64,000 nucleotides of DNA, taken from positions 1,568,001-1,632,000 of the forward strand of contig CAVTTN010000002.1 of the NCBI GenBank assembly GCA_963737655.1, written 5' to 3'. A model generated the notes under the pieces. It had not been told where the DNA came from. It saw only the letters and a program-made list of their open reading frames with translations, and did no database searches. Both the position numbers and the translations under genes were made by a program. Origin of the DNA: an uncultured Planctomycetota bacterium (GTDB lineage: Bacteria; Planctomycetota; Planctomycetia; Isosphaerales; Isosphaeraceae). Positions 10,103-20,600 of this stretch are shown one piece after another (position 1 is the first letter of the stretch; each line of letters starts with the position of its first letter).

Positions 10103-12637
10103 ATGATGGTCGCCTCGCGATCGCCGACCGCCGACGAGATCCTCCAGAGGCGGGAGGAGCTGAAAGACCAGGGGATCACCGTGGTCGCCGAGGAGCTCCT
10201 CAGGGGGGCGTCGGAGGCGGTCCGCGACGAGGTCGCCGCCCGGCTCTCCCTGATCGAAGCGGCCGAGAAGGCCGTGGAGTTCGCCTGCTCGTGGGCCGGG
10301 GCGGGCCCGGCCGCCGGGCCGTTCGAACCCCTGGGCGTGGCCGGTCGCTACGAAGCCCCCCGGATCTGGGCCGGAGGCGGGATGGGCGTCGTCTGCTCGG
10401 CCCGGGACGTCGAGCCTCGGCCGGACTGTGGCCTACAAGGTCATGCGCCCGAACACCGGAACGATCGCCGGGCCGTCGATCGGTTCTTCCACGAGGCCGA
10501 GATCACGTCGAGGCTCGACCACCCCGGGGTCGTCCCGGTCCTGGGCCGGGTGACCGATGACTCGGGCCTCCCGGCGTATGCCTCGGCGTTCGTCCCGGGG
10601 CGGACGCTGGCCTCGAAGATCGAGGAATATCGGAAGGTCGGCCCGGACCGGCCGGGCGAGAGGGCCGAGGCCAGGGCGGCCCTGCTCCGGGCGTTCCTGG
10701 CGGTCTGCGAGGTCGTCGCCTTCGCCCATTCTCGCCAGGTGGTCCACGGCGACATCAAGCCCCTGAACGTCCTGATCGACGAGTTCGGCGCCACCCGCCT
10801 GGTCGATTGGGGCCTGGCCCGGGACGTCTCCTCGGGCGAGCCCGAGTCGGTCGAGGAAGACGAGGTGATCCGGCCGGGCACCCCGGTGTTCCTCAGCTCG
10901 TTCGGGCGCCCGGCGACGTCCGCCAGCGACATTTATTCGCTCGGCCTGACCCTGGCCCTGATCCTCGCCGATCCGCCGACGGCCCCGGAGTACCGGCTCC
11001 ATCGCTCGGCCGACGTCCCGCCCGCCCTCTGGGCCGTGGCGAGCAAGGCCCGGCACCCCGACCGCCCGAGCCGCTACCCCTCGGCCTCGGCGATGGCCGA
11101 GGACGTCCGCGCCGTCCTGGCCGATCGGCCGGTGGAGGTCCATCGCGACCCCCTGGCCACCCGGCTCCGGCGGTGGTCGGCCCGGCATCGGCCGGCCGTG
11201 GTCACGACGGCGGCCCTGCTCGCCGTGGCGGCCGTCGCCGGCCCGATCGTCGGCGTTCGGGAACGGGGGCTCCGCCGCCAGGCCGACTCCGAGAGGCTCC
11301 GGGCCGTCCGGTTGACCCGCGAGATGCTCGACCAGGTCGATCACATCGGCCGGCTCCAGGCCACGTTGCCCGGCTCCCGCGAGATGCTCGATCGCGCCGT
11401 GGTCCTGATCGAGCAGCTCGCCCGGGACGCCGAGGCCCAGGGGCTGGACCTCGCCCCGGCCGCCCAGAGCTTCTACCGGGCCGGGCGAATCCACCTGGTC
11501 CTGGGCCGTCTCGACGGCGCGGCCCGGTGCTTCCTCAAGGCGGCCGACCTGGCCGAGCGGAGCGACCCGAGGCGCCCCGGGGCCGAGTCCGACGAGGCGG
11601 GCCGGCTCCGGGCCGAGGCGACCCGCGATTGGGGCGTGGTCCAGGCGATGCTCGGCCGGTCCGCCGACGCCGACGCCGCGTGGAAGGAGGCGCTCGGGCG
11701 GCTCGGGACCGAGGCCCCGAGGACCCCCGGGCTCCGACTGGCCCGAGGCCGGCTCCTCCTGGCCCTGGGCAACGCCCGGATGCTCGCCGGCCACCTCGCC
11801 GCCGCCCGATCGCGGTTCGCCCAGGCCCAGGACATGCTCGCTCCCCTGGCCCTGGCCTCGCCCCGGGAGCCCAAGTCCGTCAAGCCGATGGCCGACGTCT
11901 TGACCAACCTCGGATACGGCCTCTACCTCCAGGCCGTCCCCGACGGCTCCCACCTGGCCGACCCGGCGAGGCTGGCCGAGTCCAGGCAGGCGCTGGCCGA
12001 GGGCCTCCGCCTCCGGCGATCGCTCGCCCAGATCGAGCCCGGCGACCCCGAGCACCTCGCCGACATCGCGGCGAGCCTGAACCACCTGGGCAACGCGGCC
12101 CAGGTCGAGGGGGAGGCGGGCTTCGACGCCGCGTCCGCCTCCTACCGGGAGGCCGAGACCCTGCTCCGAGGGCTGATCCTGGCCTATCCGTCGGTCCAGG
12201 GCCAGAGGCGGGAGCTGGCTCAGGTCCATTCCAACCTCAACGTCCTGCTCGCCTCTCGCGGGAAGGCCGACGAGGCGAAATCCTCGGCGGAGGCGGCCGT
12301 CGAGACGTTCCGCCAGCTCGCCCGGGACCGGCCCGACTCGCCCGACGCGCTGGCCGAGCTCGGGATCGCCCTGACCCAGCAGGCCCGGACGCTCCGGCTC
12401 CTGAAGAACGACGCCGGAGCCTCGGCCGCGAGCTACGAGGCGGCCGTCTGGCTGGCGAAGGCCGCCTCGCTTTCGGGAGAGCCCCGGCGTCGCGAGACGT
12501 TCGCCGGCCAGGCCGTGGCCCTCCTCGGCGAATTGGGCCTCCAGGGGTATTTCCGTCGGCCCCAGGCCACCGAGAGGCTGGCCGCCGAGCCCGCCTTCGC
12601 CGAGATCCGCCTCCGGCCCGGCTTCCCCGGCCCCTGA
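10103..12637 (+). CDS. Second Ser/Thr kinase-like protein with TM and TPR-like C-terminus (degenerate catalytic motifs)
   Basis: ATG after AGGAGAGG. GGGMGVV, RFFHEAEITSRLDHPGVVPV, HGDIKPLN, DWG, SDIYSLG. VAYK lies out of frame at 10416-10448 and there is no APE motif. Confidence 0.85.
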   Translation: MMVASRSPTADEILQRREELKDQGITVVAEELLRGASEAVRDEVAARLSLIEAAEKAVEFACSWAGAGPAAGPFEPLGVAGRYEAPRIWAGGGMGVVCSARDVEPRPDCGLQGHAPEHRNDRRAVDRFFHEAEITSRLDHPGVVPVLGRVTDDSGLPAYASAFVPGRTLASKIEEYRKVGPDRPGERAEARAALLRAFLAVCEVVAFAHSRQVVHGDIKPLNVLIDEFGATRLVDWGLARDVSSGEPESVEEDEVIRPGTPVFLSSFGRPATSASDIYSLGLTLALILADPPTAPEYRLHRSADVPPALWAVASKARHPDRPSRYPSASAMAEDVRAVLADRPVEVHRDPLATRLRRWSARHRPAVVTTAALLAVAAVAGPIVGVRERGLRRQADSERLRAVRLTREMLDQVDHIGRLQATLPGSREMLDRAVVLIEQLARDAEAQGLDLAPAAQSFYRAGRIHLVLGRLDGAARCFLKAADLAERSDPRRPGAESDEAGRLRAEATRDWGVVQAMLGRSADADAAWKEALGRLGTEAPRTPGLRLARGRLLLALGNARMLAGHLAAARSRFAQAQDMLAPLALASPREPKSVKPMADVLTNLGYGLYLQAVPDGSHLADPARLAESRQALAEGLRLRRSLAQIEPGDPEHLADIAASLNHLGNAAQVEGEAGFDAASASYREAETLLRGLILAYPSVQGQRRELAQVHSNLNVLLASRGKADEAKSSAEAAVETFRQLARDRPDSPDALAELGIALTQQARTLRLLKNDAGASAASYEAAVWLAKAASLSGEPRRRETFAGQAVALLGELGLQGYFRRPQATERLAAEPAFAEIRLRPGFPGP

Positions 12638-13581
12638 GGATCGCGGAGACGACCCGCCGCCCTCGACGGTTCTTCGGAGGCGCCGTCTTCGCGGATCTTC
12701 GGGTGGACTCGCCCCGGGGCCTGACCCCCTGGCTCCGAACCACGTGCCTCGCCGGCGACCGTCCGACACGCCGGGCCCGGCCGGTGTCCGAGCCTCCTCG
12801 ACCTGACAGGTGGCGGATCGCCGAGACCATCACCGGGCCGTCCAGGACCGCCACGCCCGACGGCGCGATGAACCCCACGCCCTCGCCCCGGCCCTCGCGG
12901 GTCGCGGCCCCCTGGCGGATCATCGGCGAGGACCGGACGGTCCCCACGTCGCGGACGTAGATCGGCGTCCCGCCCGGCACGGCGAGATGGCCCGGGCTCG
13001 ATTCCGACGGCCTGGGGAGCGTCCATCCGCTCCCGCCGCCGGTGGCGATCCACGCGACGTGGCGTCGCGTGGCGCCTTCCTGAACATAAATAAGCCGCAT
13101 GCGTTGACACGCACGTACGGTATTGTGGAAGCTTGGGGACGGCCGCCTCCCTGGGCGACCCGGCCCGGCTTCCTCTCCTGAGTGAGAACTGCTCGGCCCC
13201 GGGAACTCATGGGTCGAGGATTGCTTTCAGGCTCGAAACACTCATACTATGTTGGCTGTGGGACTGTCCGCGGGTTGCTTTGCGATGCTGCAACAACCGA
13301 GGGGTTCAGGCAATGACCGGCCGACCCACGATTCGGTGGGCTGAGGCGATCCATGTCCGCGACGTCGACCCCTGGTTACGGGTATCCGCCACGGGCTTGG
13401 TAAGCAAAATGCATAGGGATGTCGGGGCAAAGCTTTTGCGAGGTCCCGTGAGAACCGACGACCCGAAGGTTATCCTCACATGGGTTGGAGTTCTCCCTTT
13501 ATGCTTGACTCGATCGCGGATCCCGGGCGACCGTTGGGCTCGGCCGGGCCTGCGCCGGCGTTACACGCGAGCTTCCAGAGC

Positions 13582-14751
13582 ATGACGTCGCCGTCTCGCC
13601 ACCGCCGCCTCCTCACGATCGGGCACTCCTACGTCATCGCCTTGAATCGGCGACTGGCGCACGAGATGGCCCGGGTCGGGCGGGACTCCTGGGACGTCAC
13701 GGCCGTCGCGCCGCGGTATTTTCGGGGGGATCTGCGGCCCGTCACCCTCGAACGGGACGGCGAGGAGCCCTGCGAGCTCGAGGCCGTCTCGGCCCGGATG
13801 ACCCGTGCGATCCACCTGATGTTCTACGGGCACGAGCTGAAGACGCTACTCCGCAGCCGGCCCTGGGACCTGATCCATTGCTGGGAGGAGCCCTACATCT
13901 TCGCCTCCGGTCAGATCGCCTGGTGGGCCCCGCCGGAGATACCGCTGGTCTACTGGGCGTTTCAGAACCTGGTGAAGCATTATCCGCCCCCGTTCAGTTG
14001 GATCGATCGATACTGCCTGGATCGCTGCACCGGCTGGATCGCGTGCGGGGAATCGATCGTGCCGACCATGCTGGAACGAGGGTACGGTCGGAAGCCGCAT
14101 CGGGTCCTGCCCCTGGGCGTGGACGTGGAGCGGTACTACCCGGACCGCTCGGCGGGTGAGGCGGTCCGTCGGCGGCTGGGATGGAGCGATCCCGGCCCCC
14201 CGGTGGTCGGATATCTCGGCCGCTTCGTCCCGGAGAAGGGGATCGCGCTGCTGATGGAGACGCTCGACGCCACGAAGGCGCCGTGGCGGGCCCTGTTCGT
14301 GGGCGGAGGGCCGATGGATGCGGTGATCGAGCGATGGGCCGCGAAGTACCCGGGCCGGGTCGTCGTCGTCCGCGGCGTGTCTCATTCCGAGGTCCCGGCC
14401 TTCCTCAACGCGATGGACATCCTGGCCGCCCCGAGCCTGACCCGCCGCCAATGGCGAGAGCAATTCGGGCGCATGCTGATCGAGGCGTTCGCCTGCGGCG
14501 TCCCGGTCATCGCCAGCGACAGCGGGGAGATCCCCTTCGTCGTGGCCGACGCCGGCCGGATCGTCGGCGAGGCCGATCGCCCCGGGTGGCTCAAGGCCCT
14601 GTCCGAGCTCCTGGAGAACCCCGAGCTCCGCCGAGACTTCGCCGCTCGGGGCCTCGAACGCGTCCGCTCCCGGTTCACCTGGCCGATCATCGCCCGTCGT
14701 CACCTGGATTTCTTCGACGAGCTGCTGGACCTCCGCGCCTCTCGGACGTAA
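13582..14751 (+). CDS. Glycosyltransferase family 4
   Basis: GYLGRFVPEKG, EQFGRMLIEAFACGVPVIASDSG (GT4 E-x7-E motif). Start could be 13501. Confidence 0.9.
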   Translation: MTSPSRHRRLLTIGHSYVIALNRRLAHEMARVGRDSWDVTAVAPRYFRGDLRPVTLERDGEEPCELEAVSARMTRAIHLMFYGHELKTLLRSRPWDLIHCWEEPYIFASGQIAWWAPPEIPLVYWAFQNLVKHYPPPFSWIDRYCLDRCTGWIACGESIVPTMLERGYGRKPHRVLPLGVDVERYYPDRSAGEAVRRRLGWSDPGPPVVGYLGRFVPEKGIALLMETLDATKAPWRALFVGGGPMDAVIERWAAKYPGRVVVVRGVSHSEVPAFLNAMDILAAPSLTRRQWREQFGRMLIEAFACGVPVIASDSGEIPFVVADAGRIVGEADRPGWLKALSELLENPELRRDFAARGLERVRSRFTWPIIARRHLDFFDELLDLRASRT

Positions 14752-15254
14752 GAACCCCGGACAAGCCGGGGACTGGCCCCTCGGCCGCGAGGGGCGTATC
14801 CCCATCGATGTCCGGGATTCTCAAGCCCGAGCCGGTCGCTCGACCGGGCCAGGGCGGTGCCCTGCGAGGGCCCGCGCGAATCCTGGCCACTCGTCGAACA
14901 CCGGACGCGGGCTCGGCCCTCGCGCGAGCCACCGCGTTCCCCGAGGGTCAGAACCGCGACGCAACCCGAGGAAGACGCGAGCCGCATGCCGGCCCCGCGA
15001 CGACCGGCAGGTCGACGAAGCGGGGACGGACGCGACGCGTTCCGGCGACCGGGCCTGCGGGTGCGAGGGGACATCGCGGGTCGAAGCCGAGAATGGAAGA
15101 TGGCGGGAGCGCTCGCCGGCCCTCGCGGCTGGTCGGACCGGCCTCGCACGTCTTTCGGAATCGAGAACGAGGCCGGTGGCTCGGGGATTTCGTTCGCAAT
15201 CGCCGGTCGGCCTTTCTACGATGGTCTTGAGGGATCGGTGATGGAGGACGCTCG

Positions 15255-16781
15255 ATGATGCCCCCGGACCGAGACGGGTCCAGCCTGGACGTCGGCTTCG
15301 AGACTCAGGCCCTCCTGGACGTCCTCGGCGACGACCTGAAGGCCCGATTCCCGAGGCTGGACCCGCGAGCGATCCTGGCTCGCGCCCTCAAGGCTTTCTC
15401 GGGTCCGATCGGAGGCAAGATGGGCCGGGATGGGCCGGCCCTGCGCCTCCGGGGGGCCGATCCCGTCCCCTCGGCCTGCGTCCCGAGCCAGTCGCGAACC
15501 GAGGGCGGGTTCGCCGACCTGGCGTTCCGGATCGCCCGGGTCCACGACGAGGTCCGCCGGATCGGCGACGCCCTGGACAACCGCTCGGCCGAGCCGTCGC
15601 CCTGCCTCGGCTCGGCGATCCGCATCCTGGAGGCGAGGCTGGGAAATTCTCAGGAGATCCGGGACCGCATCCAGGCGGCGATCGCGCAGGCCCTGGAGAA
15701 GGCGGACCAGTTCGATTGCGGGCGGGAGTTCTGCCCCTGGTTCGCCCGGCTCCTGGTCCACAAGGTCGTGGAGGTTTTCCGAACCGAGGGGAAGGTTCGG
15801 ATTGACCGCTCGGTCCCTCTTGAGGCCCTCCCGGCCGAGGAGGAACCCCGAGAGCCGGCCCCCGGCTTCCGCCCGTGGTGGGACGCCGTGGGCGAGGGAT
15901 TGGAGGCGTATGACATCGAGGTCTCCCCGGGCTGGTACGCCCGGGTGGCCCGGCTCCAGCTCCAACGGCTCGGCATTCGCAATCCCTCGGATCAGGTCGT
16001 GGCGATCTGGGCCCGATACGGCCACCGCCTCCGCGAGAAGAAGGAGCGGCCCAAAGGCGAGGAGCCGATGAACGTCTTCGAGCTGCTCGTGGCCTACGGT
16101 TCCCACCGGGACTTCCGCGAGGAGGTCCGCCCGAGCGACCCGGCCGGGGCGGTCCTCGACGAGGTGCAGAAGGGGATGGAGGAACTGATCGCGTTCCAGA
16201 AGGCGAAGAATCGCGGGAAGGCATCGTGGGACGCCTCGCCCGACGGCCCCCAGGGCCCGGCCGATCGGCTCTCTCGGATGCAGGAATCCGGCTGGGGGCT
16301 GCTGGCCGGCCGGGAGGAGACGGACCCGGCGTGGAAGGCGGCTCGCAACCTCCTCTGGTTCAGTTGGTGCCTGAAAGCGGCGGCGACCCTGGCCGTGGCG
16401 CTGAGACACGCCGGGCCCCGGCCCGAGCTCGGGCCGTTGACGACCGCCCTCCGCCCCCTGGACGGCCTGGGCTCGTTCACCGAAGCGACCCGGGCCGCCG
16501 TGACGCCCCACCGGGCCGCCGTCAAGGCCCTGCCCCCGGGGCCTCCGCCGGACTCCGAGGGCCGGGCCCTGCTCCTCAAGGCGGCGGTGGAGCGCGCCTG
16601 CCTCCTCAAGCGGTCCGGAGCGATCGACCCCGAAGCCATCGACGCCGAGTTGCCGGACGCCGATTGGCGATGGTGGATCAGCCGGGTCACCGGCCAGGGT
16701 CGGGACCACGCCGAGGCCGCAGTCCGCCGGATGGCCGACCGGGCCGGCCTGGTCCCGGCCGTCTCCTTCGATCTGGCTTGA
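15255..16781 (+). CDS. Hypothetical protein (508 aa) with an internal sigma70 region-2-like segment
   Basis: RBS GGAGGA at 15243; GC3-rich. LGNSQEIRDRIQAAIAQALEKADQFDCGREFCPWFARLLVHKVVEVFR resembles ECF region 2. Confidence 0.7.
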   Translation: MMPPDRDGSSLDVGFETQALLDVLGDDLKARFPRLDPRAILARALKAFSGPIGGKMGRDGPALRLRGADPVPSACVPSQSRTEGGFADLAFRIARVHDEVRRIGDALDNRSAEPSPCLGSAIRILEARLGNSQEIRDRIQAAIAQALEKADQFDCGREFCPWFARLLVHKVVEVFRTEGKVRIDRSVPLEALPAEEEPREPAPGFRPWWDAVGEGLEAYDIEVSPGWYARVARLQLQRLGIRNPSDQVVAIWARYGHRLREKKERPKGEEPMNVFELLVAYGSHRDFREEVRPSDPAGAVLDEVQKGMEELIAFQKAKNRGKASWDASPDGPQGPADRLSRMQESGWGLLAGREETDPAWKAARNLLWFSWCLKAAATLAVALRHAGPRPELGPLTTALRPLDGLGSFTEATRAAVTPHRAAVKALPPGPPPDSEGRALLLKAAVERACLLKRSGAIDPEAIDAELPDADWRWWISRVTGQGRDHAEAAVRRMADRAGLVPAVSFDLA

Positions 16782-16795
16782 TCGCGAGGCCCGCC

Positions 16796-17638
16796 ATGAC
16801 GCTTCCGCAATCCGACTGGGAGATCGCCGCGACCGTCTTCGAGACCTATCCCGGCGGCGAGGCCGCGTTCTGGCGCGATTGGGCCCTGGGCCGGCTCCCG
16901 CCGGAGCTCATGGACTGGTTCCGCCGCCACGCGGCCAACGTCCTGATCGAGGACGAGGTCCGCGAGGCGGACGCCGCCCTGGCCCAGAGGGCCGACCGCC
17001 GCCGCCCGTTCGACTCCCCCGAGGGCCGCCGCCGGGAACGGATGGTCCTGGAGGCCCTGGCCTTCGCCGTCGAGGTCCCCGGCCCGATCACCGAGCTCGC
17101 CACCGGGGGCGCCCTGGAGGCCGAGGAGCTGAGACGACGATTCGCCGAGGCCCTGTTCCACGTGCTCGAACACGACCTGGACATCGCTCGCGAGTCCTGG
17201 GCCGGGGAGTCCGAGGCGGCCGTCGGCACCGAGGTGCTCCGGGTCGTCTTCTCGACGCTCGTCCCGGGCGCCGCCGACGCCCCTCCGAGCTTCGTGGAGA
17301 TCGCCCGGGAGCTCAAGGCCCTCCGCGAACGGTCCCGGGACGCCGGGCCGGCCGACCCGACCGAGGCGGCCCTTCGCGACCTGGCCGGCCCCCTGCTCCT
17401 GAGGTCGTCGGAGGGGGGATATCGCCTGGAGCCGAGCTTCCGCAACTACCTGAGGGCCCGGCTCCGCGAGGCCTGCCTGCGCCAGGGCTGGCAACCGAGG
17501 CCGGGCGGCAAGTTCAAGAACCTCGACGCCGCCTTCGACGCCCTGACCCGTCACCGGGTCCTCCAGGTCTTCCAAAAAGTCCGCTGGGTCAAGCTCGACC
17601 CCTGGCTGGCCGTCGATCTGGCCGCCGTCCCCGGCTGA
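16796..17638 (+). CDS. Hypothetical protein (280 aa), possible sigma-4/HTH-like segment
   Basis: ATG 14 bp after the upstream stop with GAGG RBS; GC3-rich; contains PPSFVEIARELK. Confidence 0.7.
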   Translation: MTLPQSDWEIAATVFETYPGGEAAFWRDWALGRLPPELMDWFRRHAANVLIEDEVREADAALAQRADRRRPFDSPEGRRRERMVLEALAFAVEVPGPITELATGGALEAEELRRRFAEALFHVLEHDLDIARESWAGESEAAVGTEVLRVVFSTLVPGAADAPPSFVEIARELKALRERSRDAGPADPTEAALRDLAGPLLLRSSEGGYRLEPSFRNYLRARLREACLRQGWQPRPGGKFKNLDAAFDALTRHRVLQVFQKVRWVKLDPWLAVDLAAVPG

Positions 17639-17660
17639 GGACCGGGCCGGGCTCCTCGGC

Positions 17661-20600
17661 TCAGGGGCGGGCCGGGGCGTCGCCTTCCTTCTTCGGCTTC
17701 TGGCCCGAGAGGACCTCTTCGAGCGCCTCGCGGAGATGGTCGCCGAACTTCGGGCCGCCTCCGACGAACAGGCGGGCGACCTTGCCGTCTCGGTCGATGA
17801 TGACGGTCTGGGGGATCGCGTCGGCCTGGTACTTCGCGGCCACGGCGCCGTCTCGGTCCAGGGCGACGGCCATCGCCATCTTGTGCCGTTCGAGGGTCGC
17901 GGCGACCTGCCGGGGGTCCTCGGCGAGGTCCACGGCCACGAGCTGGACGCCTCGCTCGGCGAACTCCTGGGCGACCTTCTCGACCTGCGGCATGGTCTGG
18001 AGGCACGGGCCGCACCAGGTCGCCCAGAAGTCCAGGACCACGACCCGGCCCTTCGCGTCGGCCAGGCGGAACGTCTTCTTCTCCTTCGTCTTGCCGTCGC
18101 CGAGCAGGTCCAGGGTGAAATCCGGGGCCGGCTGGCCGACCAGGGGGGAATCCGAGCCGGAGGGGCGGTCGCCGCCCTCGCCGTCCTCGCGGGCGATCAT
18201 CGGCTCGACGGCGTCGTGGAGCTTCCACGGCCCGAAGGCCAGCGATTCGGCCGCCTTCTCGATCGCCGGGCCGATCCACAAGACGTCCACGTCCTTCAGG
18301 GGCACCCGGCAGGCCCCGAGGACGTCGCTCTTGCCGATCAGGGCCGAGTCGGCGAACGAGCTCAGGGCGAAGGTCAGGCGGGTGCCGTCGGACCGGAGGG
18401 CCTGGACGCGGATCGGGCCGGTCGGCGGGACCGGGACCGGTTTGGCCTCGACCTTGTCCTTGTCCTTGTCCTTGTCGTCGGTCTTCGGCGGGCCTTCCTC
18501 GGGGTGGAGCCAGATGATCCGGGAGACGCGGTCCCGGGGGATGTCCTTGGTGTCCAGGCGGACCTCGACCTTGAGCGCCCGGTCGTCCAGGCCGACGATC
18601 CGGCCGCGGAGGTAGTCGCCGGTCAGGGAGCGGATCACCTGGGTCGGCGGGCTCTCTTTCTGGGCCCGGGGGAGGGTCAGCAGGCGGTCGCGCTTGGCCC
18701 GGGTCAGGCGGAGGAGGGTCGGGAGCGGGTCGTCCAGGTCCACGGCCTTGATCTTGTCGTGGGGGATGAGGACGGACTCGGCGATCGGCGTCTTGATCGA
18801 CACGCCGTTCTCGTCGATCTTCGTGACGAGGCCGGGGAAGACGTCGCCGGTGCGGAGATGGATGGACCGATAGGAGCGATCGGGCGCGCGGGCCTGCCCG
18901 GCCTGGTAGTCGGCCGGGTTGCCGAAGACGCCCGCGACGAACCCCGGCGCCGGCGAGGGTGGGACGCGGACCAGGGCCCGGGCGGCCGGCGTTCTCGGCC
19001 TCGGCGCCCGGTAGACGATCCGGCCCGAGACGCCCGGGGTCAACGCGCCGGACGACGTCCCCCGGGCCGGCCTCCAGGCCAGGGCGGAGCTCCCCGGGGC
19101 GTCGCGGCCGGCGGCCATCTGCCCCTCGAGCCTCACGCCGTCGAGCTCCAGGAACCCGACCGGCCCCTCGGCCATCGCCGCGTCGTTTCGCAGTTCGGCG
19201 GGGGCGTTCACGACCAGGGACCGCAGGGCCGGGACCGTCACGTCCCCCTCGATCCCGGGGACGCCCAGGACCACCCCGCCGGCCTCGAACTTCCGGGGCT
19301 CTCCGCCGAGTCGCGATCCCTCGCGGGTCACGACGGTCACGGCCCTCGGCCCGGCCGAGACCGGAGGCCCGAGGACGATCGAGGCGACTTCCCCGGCCTT
19401 CACCCGGGTTTCGCCGCCGTCGGCCCGGATCACCAGCTCGCCGGCCTCGGGGTCGAGCCGACCGACGGCGCCATCGACGGTCGAGCCGTCGATCCGGACG
19501 ACTCGCGATTGGCCGTCGGCGAGCTCCTTCGGAGGGTCGCCGGACCAGGGGCGGACCCGGAGCCGTTCCAGGCGCAGGGCGTTCGGGGCGTGGTTGGTCA
19601 GGGCCACCCCGCCCCGGGCGAGGCCGGCGGGGTCGGGGATCTTGAGATCGGCCAGGGGCTTGCCCGACTCCGAGGCGACCGTCAGCCGGCCCTTCTCCTG
19701 GTCGAGGAACAGGAGGAACCGGGACCGGCCCGAGCCTCGGACCTCCTGGACCGGGGCGAGGTCGGCGGCGGCCTCGGTTTCCCGGAGGGCGACGAGCTTG
19801 CCGTCCCAGACTTCCAGGCGGAACCCCCGGGCGTCGGCCTCGTCGGTCCTGGGATCGACGCCCAGGGCCAGCGTGAAGTCGGCCGAGCGGTCCCAGGAGA
19901 GTTCGACCTCGATGGCCGCGCGGGTCGGCAGCTTCGCGTCTCGTCGGAGGGTAGTCCCGTCCCTGTCGCTCACGAGGACGCCGGAATCGTCGTGCCAGCC
20001 CTTGTTGGGAGAGGTCTCCGACCATCCCTCCAGGCCGTTGGGCCCGGAATCGACGAGCCCGGAGCCTTCGCCCAGGCGATCGACCCGGTGGACGCCCTTC
20101 CGGGCGATCTTCAGGAGGCCCAGGGGCGGGGAATCGATCGTGATCCAGGAGTCATCCAGGGCCTTGAGCGACCCGAACACGAGGTCGCCGCCGGGCATCT
20201 CGACGACGAACGGCCCCGGGGCCGGCTTCGAGGCGTCCGCGGGCCAGCGAAGATCCTTCACCGCCGACAGCGGGAATTCCAACGGCTCGACGAACGCCGG
20301 CGACTTCCAGCGGACGGCTCGGGGGGCGTCGGACGCCGCCAGGTCGCCCGCCACGAACCCGCCGAGGTAGATCGAGAGGACCGGGACGTCCGTCGGAGGG
20401 CCCGGGGGGGGCGGGGCGGCCGCGGGCTCGGCGGGGTTGACGTTCTGGAAGACCATCACCTGGCCGTTCACCAGGACCCGCTGTTGCTGGGCCACCGCCT
20501 GGAGCTGGACCTGCTGCTGGAGCTGGACCTGCTGTTGCTGGACCTGCTGTTGCTGGACCTGCTGGATCTGGAGCCGCAGGAGGGCCTCCGCCCGGGCCTG

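Noticed and set aside
13104..13126. TTGACA...TATTGT as a sigma70 promoter
   Set aside because: The spacer is only 11 nt.
13133..13585. 150-aa ORF upstream of the GT4 gene
   Set aside because: Atypical codon usage, TTG start, no recognisable motif; probably intergenic.
20480..20570. 15-bp tandem repeats (QQVQQ) and the TTGTCC repeats near 18454
   Set aside because: In-frame low-complexity linkers with unit lengths divisible by 3; no sign of phase variation.
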